Shown here one piece after another: positions 1-7,625 of a stretch of DNA of 32,000 bases; position 1 is the first letter of the stretch, and every line of letters starts with the position of its first letter. The DNA is taken from assembly GCF_035285525.1 (NCBI RefSeq), contig NZ_JAYKGW010000252.1, positions 477 to 32,476 of the forward strand, read 5' to 3'. A program made the position numbers and the translations under genes. A model generated the notes under the pieces. It made no database searches and was not told the origin of the DNA. It worked only from the letters and a program-made list of their open reading frames with translations. Source of the stretch: Okeania sp. (GTDB taxonomy: Bacteria; Cyanobacteriota; Cyanobacteriia; Cyanobacteriales; Microcoleaceae).

Positions 1-1
1 T

Positions 2-256
2 TCTTATGAAATAGGAATATTGCGAAATGACGATCTAGTGTTTCGGGCGATTGAGCAAATCGGGAAGGTATTAGTACCTGGGGGAGAAATGGTATTTTTC
101 TATCGAGTGTTTAATGATCAGTTTCCACTGTATCTGGAAGTGATGGCAAAGTTAGCAGCACATTTTGATTTGACTACTCTCAAGTTACTGTGGTATTCAG
201 GGGAAGATAGCGGACATGGTTTGTTGCTTTCTGTGAAAAAAAATATGCATAATTAA
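2..256 (+). CDS. C-terminal part of a probable class I SAM-dependent methyltransferase (5' end lies outside the window)
   Basis: The reading frame is open from nt 2 (SYEIGILRNDDLV...), upstream of the Met listed in the ORF track. The motif KVLVPGGEMVFFY resembles the post-motif-II 'L-x-PGG' segment of Rossmann-fold methyltransferases. Only about 85 aa are visible. Confidence 0.4.
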   Translation, partial: SYEIGILRNDDLVFRAIEQIGKVLVPGGEMVFFYRVFNDQFPLYLEVMAKLAAHFDLTTLKLLWYSGEDSGHGLLLSVKKNMHN

Positions 257-285
257 TAATTGATAATTATTTCTCCCTTTTAGAC

Positions 286-332
286 AGAGGATTGACGCTT
301 AAGGAAAAAAAATTCTTTTTAGTCAATCCTCT
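286..332 (+). terminator. Candidate hairpin terminator after the methyltransferase-like gene
   Basis: An 11-bp inverted repeat, AGAGGATTGAC (286-296) / GTCAATCCTCT (322-332), encloses a 25-nt A/T-rich loop and is followed by TCTTTCT. The large loop makes this a weak call. Confidence 0.3.
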
Positions 333-360
333 TCTTTCTAATAAGAGGTAATTATTAATT

Positions 361-448
361 CAGGACTTACGAAACGCTATTAGTAGAGTGTGTTACCGTC
401 AGTATAAGAGACTGATACGCTATATATAGTACCTTTGCGGAAGTCCTG
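361..448. repeat. MITE-like hairpin repeat, family A (termini CAGGACTTACG ... CGGAAGTCCTG)
   Basis: Terminal inverted repeats CAGGACTTACGAAACG / CCTTTGCGGAAGTCCTG. The same termini recur at 10464, 14497-14523, 15969-16058, 18147, 19328-19551, 26358 and 27671. Confidence 0.7.
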
Positions 449-528
449 TAATTATTAAAATAGGATTGCTATAGTATTGTATAAATTTCAATTATATAGC
501 AGTTTTTAATCTGATGGGGTAGCTCAAT

Positions 529-641
529 GATCCCCCTAAATCCCCCTTTTTAAGGGAGACTTTTAGAATGATACCGCTAAATCCCTCTTTTTAAGGGAAA
601 CTTCTAGTTCCCCCCTTTTCAAGGGTAGTTAGGGGGATATC
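529..641. repeat. Composite small dispersed repeat (GATCCCCCTAA ... TTAGGGGGATATC) with internal CCCTTTTTAAGGG hairpins
   Basis: Outer inverted termini, plus three internal copies of a CTAAATCCC(C/T)CTTTTTAAGGGA(G/A)ACTT-like unit. Confidence 0.55.
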
Positions 642-692
642 CAAAACTGTACCTCACGCTTACTGGGAAATACTATATTAAGTATTAAAACT

Positions 693-2717
693 ATGATAGA
701 TTTACAACTTCAAGCTCAACTGCAAAAGAGAAAAAATCCTTATGGAAGTAGTCGAGTCGATCATCCTTTTCAAACACATAACGATGCAGATAATGTTTTT
801 AGTAAAGAATTTCATCGGATACAATCTACTCTTAAAGATATTAAGCAAGATATAAATCATCAAAGTAAAGGAGTTGTAGTTGTCGGAAAACCTGGATTTG
901 GTAAAACTCACCTGATGATGCGATTAGCAAATAGTAGACTAAGAACTAATCGAGTATTATTTATTCGTCAACCTAATAATCCTGATGCTGTTATTTATCA
1001 TATTTATAGTCGGATACTTGAATCTTTAATTAAGAGTATACCAAAAATTAATTACACTCAACTAGAATATTTAATTGCTAATAGTTGCGCCAATATTTTT
1101 CAAGAAATTATTGTGGAAAATCCTCACCTATATGTTAAAAAAACTAGCAAAAAAGATAGGGAGATATTGACAGAAGTCGAGAATGGAAACTATCTAAAAT
1201 TACTAACTTATTTGTCATCAGATACTAAAGCTAGAAGAGAACTTTGGGAGCATATAGAAAATCGAGTTTATTTGTGGTGGGTGACAAATTATTCAAGGGC
1301 AGGGTATGGACCAGAAATATTAAAGGGAATTATCAAGTTTTGTGGATATAAATCTATAGATTATCGTTGCATTATTAGAGAATGGTTGGCAATGAATGAA
1401 GTACCTGCCAAATACTTGGATAAAGTTAGAATATCATCCTGGAGTCAAAGTATAAATCAAGAAGAAGTATCTCTAGAAGCATTAAAGATATTTGGGTATT
1501 TATCACTTTTAGATGAACCTTTAATTATTGTATTTGATCAGTTAGAAGGTTTGGGCAGGGAATACAATCAAAATCTTTTGTACAGTTTTGGAGAAGCTAT
1601 CAAAGAAATTTTTACCCATGTGCCAAATAGTTTGATTATTTTCAATTTATTTCCTGATCGCTGGGAACAGTTGCAAGAGGAGTTTGATGATTCTATTATA
1701 GATAGAATTTCTCAATGTCAAGTATTTTTAGAAAAACCATCTGAAGAACAATTGAAAGCAATTCTGAATGAAAAATTAAAGTCTATTAATATTTCGATAG
1801 AACAAATTTTTACTCCTGAAGAAATTCAGATTATTTTAAATAGAAATTCTGTCCGGGGAATTATTAATTCTGCATCTGATTTCTATAATTATAAAATTCA
1901 TAGCATCCCCTTACCTGAATATCTGAATTTAGAAACAAGCAATACAATAAATTCACAATCTAATTCCCATTTACAAAGTTTAAGTTCCGAGATTAAACAA
2001 ATTAAAGAAGTTGTTCTCAAAATTGCGGAAAAACTGGATATTGAATCTAATATTGCCTCTAATTTAGAAACAAAAGTTGAGCAAAATGGTGAAACTTCTA
2101 TTGTTGATAATTCTACTCAAAGTAATGGTGATCAAATGATTACTGATTATCTAAATCAGCAATATTCTGAACTAGAAGAAAACTATCATGAATCTCAAGT
2201 TATTACCAGTAGTGATGACCGAGGAAAATTAGAGAAAATATTTGCATCTTTGAAAACAATTAAACCAGATATTCAGTTAGATTCCTTGGGGTTAGATAAT
2301 CAGAAAAAAATTCCCGATCATTTAGTTATCCAGATAGGAGATATCGGTTATGCTATCAGTTTTTTATACGATTCAGGAAACGCTTTTTGTGCGCGGATGA
2401 ATAACTGGAATGAATTAGTGGTAAAAAATTCTCATCTCAACTTTTATATATATCGAGATGATAGAATTTATCAAGTTAGTGGTGAAAAAAGTTTGGCAGT
2501 ATTAGATAAATTTAAACAGTTTAGTAATGCAGAATATATGGTTTTGAAAAAAGATGAGCGAATTGTTTTTGAATTGGTTTATCAAATGATTGTAGATATT
2601 CAAAATCAAGATTTAGAGGTGAAATTAGATGAAGCTTTATCAGTTGTTTTAACAAGATATTCACATCATTCGTTATTAAAAACAGCTCATAAGATTATAG
2701 GAAATATTCAGACTTAA
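693..2717 (+). CDS. Orphan P-loop NTPase (AAA+/ORC-Cdc6-like or STAND-like features) with an uncharacterised C-terminal half
   Basis: Long 674-aa ORF. Walker A is VVVVGKPGFGKTHL (nt 885-908). The candidate Walker B is LIIVFDQLE (nt 1521-1547). IIFNLF is sensor-1-like, and FLEKPSEEQLKAILNEKL is lid-like. About 200 aa separate Walker A from Walker B, which is atypical. I recognise no family for aa ~400-674. Confidence 0.8.
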   Translation: MIDLQLQAQLQKRKNPYGSSRVDHPFQTHNDADNVFSKEFHRIQSTLKDIKQDINHQSKGVVVVGKPGFGKTHLMMRLANSRLRTNRVLFIRQPNNPDAVIYHIYSRILESLIKSIPKINYTQLEYLIANSCANIFQEIIVENPHLYVKKTSKKDREILTEVENGNYLKLLTYLSSDTKARRELWEHIENRVYLWWVTNYSRAGYGPEILKGIIKFCGYKSIDYRCIIREWLAMNEVPAKYLDKVRISSWSQSINQEEVSLEALKIFGYLSLLDEPLIIVFDQLEGLGREYNQNLLYSFGEAIKEIFTHVPNSLIIFNLFPDRWEQLQEEFDDSIIDRISQCQVFLEKPSEEQLKAILNEKLKSINISIEQIFTPEEIQIILNRNSVRGIINSASDFYNYKIHSIPLPEYLNLETSNTINSQSNSHLQSLSSEIKQIKEVVLKIAEKLDIESNIASNLETKVEQNGETSIVDNSTQSNGDQMITDYLNQQYSELEENYHESQVITSSDDRGKLEKIFASLKTIKPDIQLDSLGLDNQKKIPDHLVIQIGDIGYAISFLYDSGNAFCARMNNWNELVVKNSHLNFYIYRDDRIYQVSGEKSLAVLDKFKQFSNAEYMVLKKDERIVFELVYQMIVDIQNQDLEVKLDEALSVVLTRYSHHSLLKTAHKIIGNIQT

Positions 2718-3017
2718 TCCTTGTAATAATTTACAGCAATTTCCGAGTTAGTGAGGTACAAAATTTTATTTAGTAATGAATGACCACCCTGGAGCCTTTA
2801 TTCAATGGCCATTCGTTTCTGATCAGCAATTTAGAACCTTCTCTAAGTTGGAAAGATTTGTTGAGATTTTGTATAAGAGGAAACAGTCTATTACGAGTTT
2901 TGTACTAAATTAGCTATGTTAGTCTCATAGTAACTTTTGCCTGACAAATCTAATGGACTGTTTCATCTAGAATAGTGCATTAGATTTGCCGTTGTGGTCA
3001 GAGAAAGTTATCTAATG

Positions 3018-3140
3018 TAGAATCCGGATAATTATTATCCAAGTCATTGCCACTGGAACTCCGTGGAAGGAAACAATCTCCGTCCACCCCTGAGATTGCT
3101 TCCGCTTAGTCGATAGGGACAAGAGTTCAATCGGATTCTA
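3018..3140. repeat. MITE-like element with TAGAATCCG / CGGATTCTA termini
   Basis: Inverted termini at 3018-3026 and 3132-3140. Related copies lie at ~11137-11235 (ACAATCCGGTT ... AACCGGATTCTATA), 14284 and 14402. The right terminus overlaps the ATG at 3140 that the ORF track uses as the urtC start. Confidence 0.55.
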
Positions 3141-3205
3141 TGGAAGCGCCGATTTGCGATTGTACCATTTATTTTCGGTGTGTAAGTCTACTATTTCCTA
3201 ATTTT

Positions 3206-4366
3206 ATGATTAAAAATAAACATAATAAGTTATTAACTCAAATCAGCATCATAGCAGCAATAACTTTAATTTTTGCTATTATTATGCCATTAGTTTTACC
3301 AGGGTTTAGACTAAAACTATTAGGGCGTTTTCTATCTTTAGCAATTGTGGCTTTAGGTATAGATTTAATCTGGGGTTATACTGGTTTATTAAGTTTAGGG
3401 CATGGGATATTTTTTGCCCTAGGAGGTTATGCTTTTGCTATGCACCTCAAACTCCAATTGCCAGCAGGTCAATTACCAGAATTTTTTACTCTTTATGGTG
3501 TGGAAAAACTACCTCTATTTTGGCAACCTTTTCATTCATTTCCGGTGACAATTTTAGCAATTATAATTATTCCAGGTATAACTGCAGCAATTCTCGGTTA
3601 TTTGGTATTTAAAAATCGGATTAAAGGAGTTTACTTTTCTATCCTTACTCAAGCAGCTTTACTGGTATTTTTTAACTTCTTCAACGGTCAACAAAAATTA
3701 ATTAATGGTACAAATGGTTTAAAAACAGATACAGAAGAAATTTTCGGTATTTTAGCAGGTTCAGAACCAGCACAATTAATATTTTATGAAGTAACAATTG
3801 TTAGTCTTCTAGCAACTTATTTAATTTGTCGTTGGTTAACCAGTGGCAGATTTGGTCGTTTATTAATTGCCATTAGAGACGATGAAACGAGGGTAAGATT
3901 TTCTGGATATAATCCCACCGAATTTAAAGTTTTAGTATTTGCTATTTCTGGAGCGATCGCTGGAATTTCTGGAGCATTATATGGAGTTCAAAGTGGAATT
4001 GTGACTCCGAGTTATATGGAAGTAGCTTTTTCAATTGAAATGGTTATTTGGGTAGCTGTAGGAGGAAGAGGAACTTTAATTGGGGCAATTATTGCTACAT
4101 TATTAGTTAATTTCGGACGTACTTTTTTGAGTGAACAATTTCCGGAAATTTGGTTATTCTTTCAAGGAGCATTATTCTTATTAGTTGTGACAGTATTGCC
4201 TAATGGAATTGTTGGTTGGTGGCAAGAATATGGTTGGGTGAAATTGCAATCTATTCTTGGTCTTTCTTATCCACTTATGACTTATCCTCATATAGAGAAA
4301 AATCCAGAATTTCAGCTAGAAAAAGAAAAAATAGAAAAGTCAAAATTAGGGAAAGGATTTAGGTAA
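3206..4366 (+). CDS. urtC: Urea ABC transporter permease UrtC (LivM-type)
   Basis: Multi-TM protein carrying GIDLIWGYTGLLSLGHGIFFALGGYAFAMHLKL and RFGRLLIAIRDDETRVRFSGYN, typical of UrtC/LivM permeases, and followed by urtD and urtE. I prefer the start at ATG 3206 (MIKNKHNKLL) because the 3140 extension lies inside a repeat element. Confidence 0.85.
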   Translation: MIKNKHNKLLTQISIIAAITLIFAIIMPLVLPGFRLKLLGRFLSLAIVALGIDLIWGYTGLLSLGHGIFFALGGYAFAMHLKLQLPAGQLPEFFTLYGVEKLPLFWQPFHSFPVTILAIIIIPGITAAILGYLVFKNRIKGVYFSILTQAALLVFFNFFNGQQKLINGTNGLKTDTEEIFGILAGSEPAQLIFYEVTIVSLLATYLICRWLTSGRFGRLLIAIRDDETRVRFSGYNPTEFKVLVFAISGAIAGISGALYGVQSGIVTPSYMEVAFSIEMVIWVAVGGRGTLIGAIIATLLVNFGRTFLSEQFPEIWLFFQGALFLLVVTVLPNGIVGWWQEYGWVKLQSILGLSYPLMTYPHIEKNPEFQLEKEKIEKSKLGKGFR

Positions 4367-4524
4367 GGATTCAGCAGTCAGCTATCAGCTATTTGTTTTG
4401 TTCAGCTAAAGTTAAATATTACAAAAAATCTAGGTTTTTTGCTGTTTGCCTAACATTCAGGAGTAAAAGCTGATATCTAATAGCTGAACGGTTACAAATT
4501 AGGTTCAGATGAGGTAAAAAACAA

Positions 4525-5268
4525 TTGGTAGAAAAAATTTTAGAAATTCAAAACTTAACGGTGAGCTTTGATGATTTTAAAGCTTTGAATAACCTCAATT
4601 TTTCGATGGATATTGGTGAATTACGAGTAATTATTGGTCCTAATGGAGCTGGAAAAACTACTTTTTTAGATGTTATTACTGGGAAAGTTCAACCAACAAC
4701 CGGAAAAGTTTTATTTAAAGGTAAAAGTTTAACTAAAATGCCCGAAAATAAAATCGCTTCTATCGGGATTGGGCGTAAATTTCAAACACCGAGAGTATAT
4801 CTGAATCTAACTGTTAGAGAAAATTTAGATTTAATTATTAATCGCCATAAAGGAATAATTCCTACTTTATTTCGCAAAGTTCCTGTAGCAGAAGTTAGAA
4901 GTGTCGCTGGTTTATTGGAAATTATAGGTTTAATTGGAAAAGCAAATATTAAAGCTGCTTTTTTATCTCATGGTGAAAAACAACGTTTAGAAATAGGAAT
5001 GTTAGTTGCTCAATCTCCAGACTTATTGTTAATAGATGAACCTGTAGCTGGTTTAACTGATGAAGAAACAGAAAATATTGGTTCTATTCTATTAAATTTA
5101 GCTGCTAGTCATTCAGTTATTGTGATTGAACATGACATGGAATTTGTTCGTCAAATCGCTAAAAAAGTAACTGTTTTACATCAGGGTTCTGTACTTTGTG
5201 AAGGAACTATGGATGAGGTGCAAAATGACCCTAGAGTTATAGAAGTTTATTTAGGAATCAGTGATTAA
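4525..5268 (+). CDS. urtD: Urea ABC transporter ATP-binding protein UrtD
   Basis: ABC ATPase with Walker A GPNGAGKTT, signature LSHGEKQRLEIG and Walker B LLLIDEP. The N-terminus ILEIQNLTVSFDDFKALNNLNF and the segment VITGKVQPTTGKVLF are UrtD-like. The start is an apparent TTG. Confidence 0.85.
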   Translation: MVEKILEIQNLTVSFDDFKALNNLNFSMDIGELRVIIGPNGAGKTTFLDVITGKVQPTTGKVLFKGKSLTKMPENKIASIGIGRKFQTPRVYLNLTVRENLDLIINRHKGIIPTLFRKVPVAEVRSVAGLLEIIGLIGKANIKAAFLSHGEKQRLEIGMLVAQSPDLLLIDEPVAGLTDEETENIGSILLNLAASHSVIVIEHDMEFVRQIAKKVTVLHQGSVLCEGTMDEVQNDPRVIEVYLGISD

Positions 5269-5531
5269 ATAAGGAAGAAGGAGGAAGGAAGAAGGAGTAA
5301 ATTTTTAAAAAAAGGGGAAAAATCAATTGATATATTTCCCAGAATTAGTTATAGTTAAGGTTTGTCTTGTACTGTTTTCTCTATCTCCTAAGATAACTAA
5401 TCAGTGAATAATTAATAATTAATAATTGAAGATTTTTTTTTAATATTTACCAACTTCCATTTACGGGAAGAAGCCGGGTTTCTGGATTAGTAAATATTTC
5501 CTTTTTCTCCCTAATCCTTATTATAATAACT

Positions 5532-6281
5532 ATGAATTTTAATATGCAAAATCAAACTGATAAGAATCAAATTAATCATAACACTCTACAAATATCTAAT
5601 CTAGATGTATTTTATGGAGAAAGTCATATTCTCAGGGATGTCGATTTAAGTGTAAAACGAGGCGAAATGGTATGTTTAATTGGTAGAAATGGAGTCGGTA
5701 AAACCACATTATTAAAAACAATAATGGGATTACTAAAACCACGGAAAGGAACAATTAATTTATGGGATAAACCCATCTTTAATCTGACAACAGACCAACG
5801 GGCTCGTTTAGGTATCGGTTATGTTCCCCAAGGTAGAGAAATTATCCCCAGATTGACAGTAAAAGAAAATTTATTGCTGGGTTTAGAAGCCAGAAAAGAA
5901 GGTGGAGAAAATAGGGAAATACCTGAAGAAATCTTCGAGTTATTTCCAGTTCTAAAAACAATGTTATTTAGAATGGGAGGAAACTTAAGCGGAGGTCAAC
6001 AACAACAACTAGCGATCGCTCGTGCTTTGATGGGTAAACCAAACTTACTTTTATTAGATGAACCAACGGAAGGGATTCAACCTTCGATTATTTTAGAGAT
6101 AGAAACTGCAGTTAGAAATATTATTGAAAGTAGAAGTATTTCTGTGCTTTTAGTCGAACAACATCTTCATTTTGTACGGAAAGCAGACCGATATTATGCC
6201 ATGCAAAAAGGAGGAATTGTGGCATCAGGAAATACCACAGATCTAACTCAAGAAATAATTCAAAAATTCTTAGCCGTTTAG
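5532..6281 (+). CDS. urtE: Urea ABC transporter ATP-binding protein UrtE
   Basis: ABC ATPase with Walker A GRNGVGKTT, signature LSGGQQQQLAIARAL and Walker B LLLLDEPTEGIQPSI (LivF/UrtE type). It lies downstream of urtC and urtD. Confidence 0.85.
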   Translation: MNFNMQNQTDKNQINHNTLQISNLDVFYGESHILRDVDLSVKRGEMVCLIGRNGVGKTTLLKTIMGLLKPRKGTINLWDKPIFNLTTDQRARLGIGYVPQGREIIPRLTVKENLLLGLEARKEGGENREIPEEIFELFPVLKTMLFRMGGNLSGGQQQQLAIARALMGKPNLLLLDEPTEGIQPSIILEIETAVRNIIESRSISVLLVEQHLHFVRKADRYYAMQKGGIVASGNTTDLTQEIIQKFLAV

Positions 6282-6427
6282 GGAGTGCGAAGTAGAAAAA
6301 AATCCTGCTTTTTATTTGATTTTACCTCCATGCAAAAATTCAGATATTTCCTAACTCAAAAAATCAAGTTTATGTATTAGCTCAATATTATAAATATAGC
6401 AATTATAAATATGGTGTAATATTTATC

Positions 6428-6454
6428 GCAGGGGTTTGGTCTCCAAACCCCTAC
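6428..6454. repeat. Hairpin repeat, family B (GGGGTTTGGTCTCCAAACCCC)
   Basis: Palindrome GCAGGGGTTTGG-TCT-CCAAACCCCTAC. Further copies lie at 14314-14342, 14551-14603 and three times in 16301-16452. Confidence 0.7.
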
Positions 6455-6505
6455 AGTTTTTTTCGCAAATCATTTAAGATTTCAATAATGACTAGGAGGA
6501 AAAAA

Positions 6506-7206
6506 ATGACGATTATTTTACCTAGAGAAAAAAAGACAATTTCTATTCCCCCCCCCTAGAAAATGGAGATAACCTTACCTCCTTAGAATTTGAGCGACGC
6601 TACAACGCAATGCCACATCTAAAAAAAGTCCAACTTATTGAAGGAAAAGTTTATATGGCCTCACCATTGAGATTTGAACCCCATGCCGAACCTCATGCTA
6701 ATATAATAATTTGGTTAGGAAATTACAAAATTGCCACTTCTGGGGTCAGACTGGGAGATAATCCTACTGTCAGACTAGACCTGGACAATGAACCTCAACC
6801 AGATGTAGGCTTAATTTATAGATAGTCAATTTGGGGGGGGCAGTCTCGTCTGAGGGATGATGGGTATATTGAGGGAGCGCCCGAACTTGTAGTCGAAATA
6901 GCAGCTAGTACCACAACTATTGATTTGAATGAGAAAAAAAGAGCTTATCGCCGGAATGGGGTCAAAGAATATATTGTCTGGCAAGTGATTGATAATAAGT
7001 TTGACTGGTTTGTACTAGAGGGCGGAGATTGTACCACACTAACTGCCAATAATGACATAATTCAAAGTCGAATATTTCCAGGATTATGGTTATCCGTCTC
7101 GGCACTTTTAGCAGGAGATATGGCAGAAGTTCTCAAAACTCTACAAACTGGGTTAGCTTCTCCAGAACATCAGACTTTTCCAGAAAAACTGAGTAATAAA
7201 TCTTGA
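6506..7206 (+). pseudogene. Uma2-family (DUF820) endonuclease gene, inactivated by one frameshift and one in-frame stop
   Basis: Across the disruptions it reads MTIILPREKKTISIPPP | LENGDNLTSLEFERRYNAMPHLKKVQLIEGKVYMASP...NEPQPDVGLIYR * SIWGGQSRLRDDGYIEGAPELVVEIAAS...KKRAYRRNGVKEYIVWQV...FPGLWLSVSALLAGDM. This is the Uma2 family pattern. The frame changes within a run of 9 C (6548-6556), and there is a TAG at 6823-6825. Confidence 0.8.
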
Positions 7207-7285
7207 GTCATCAACTTTAACTTCTGACTTATGAATTTTGACTTTTGACATATCTAATTTTGTGCATGAGGGCGGGTTTATAGCA

Positions 7286-7386
7286 GAAGGAAGAAGGAAG
7301 AAGGAAGAAGGAAGAAGGAAGAAGGAAGAAGAAAGAAGGAAGAAGAAAGAAGAAAGAAGAAAGAAGAAAGAAGAAAGAAGAAAGAA
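7286..7386. repeat. Heptanucleotide tandem array (GAAGGAA)n grading into (GAAGAAA)n, STRR-like
   Basis: About 14 tandem heptamers. The array sits between inverted GAGGGCGGGTTT (7268-7279) and AAACCCGCCCCTAC (7482-7495). It generates the spurious low-complexity ORF 7238..7426. Confidence 0.85.
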
Positions 7387-7521
7387 TCTGGCGTTGTCTG
7401 AGTTTTCAGCTTTTGAACTGTCCTAACCTTTGCTTTGACTGCTGTATCTAAATCTTAGGGTAAGCATAAACATTTCTTATCAAACCCGCCCCTACTGTTG
7501 GATGATTTAAGGTATGCCAAT

Positions 7522-7565
7522 CCCCTACTCCCTACTCCCTACTTCCTACTCCCTACTCCCTATTC
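7522..7565. repeat. Heptanucleotide tandem array (CCCTACT)n
   Basis: CCCCTACTCCCTACTCCCTACTTCCTACTCCCTACTCCCTATT, about 6 units. Confidence 0.85.
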
Positions 7566-7625
7566 TGCAGCAAAAGAGACTATAATCTACTAAAAATAAT
7601 AATATATAAGATTTGGAGGAGAGTC

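Noticed and set aside
2776-2913. 45-codon ORF (MNDHPGAFIQWPFVSDQQFRTFSKLERFVEILYKRKQSITSFVLN) between the P-loop gene and urtC.
   Set aside because: It is below any reliable length threshold, with no clear ribosome-binding site and no family I can recognise. It might be a gene fragment, but I cannot support it.
3140-3205. N-terminal 22-codon extension of urtC (MEAPICDCTIYFRCVSLLFPNF) as given in the ORF track.
   Set aside because: The ATG at 3140 lies inside the right terminus (CGGATTCTA) of a MITE-like repeat, and the extension is Cys-rich and unlike UrtC N-termini. ATG 3206 (MIKNKHNKLL, followed by the first TM helix) is the more plausible start.
2718-3205. NtcA-type binding site (GTA-N8-TAC) upstream of urtC, expected for nitrogen-regulated urea transport genes.
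   Set aside because: Scanning by eye found only imperfect candidates (e.g. GTACAAAATTTTAT near 2756, which ends TAT rather than TAC), none with a convincing -10 box at the right spacing. This cannot be supported without a PWM scan and transcription-start data.
6610-7206. Two separate small genes (ORFs 6610..6825 and 6925..7206).
   Set aside because: Both are in the same frame, separated by a single TAG. Together with the upstream frameshifted piece they reconstitute one Uma2-family protein, so I call them a single pseudogene.
7238-7426. 62-aa ORF encoding EGRRKKEEGRRKKEEERRKKKEERRK...
   Set aside because: It is simply a translation of the (GAAGGAA/GAAGAAA)n heptamer array. It is low-complexity, has no ribosome-binding site context, and is flanked by repeat-element termini.
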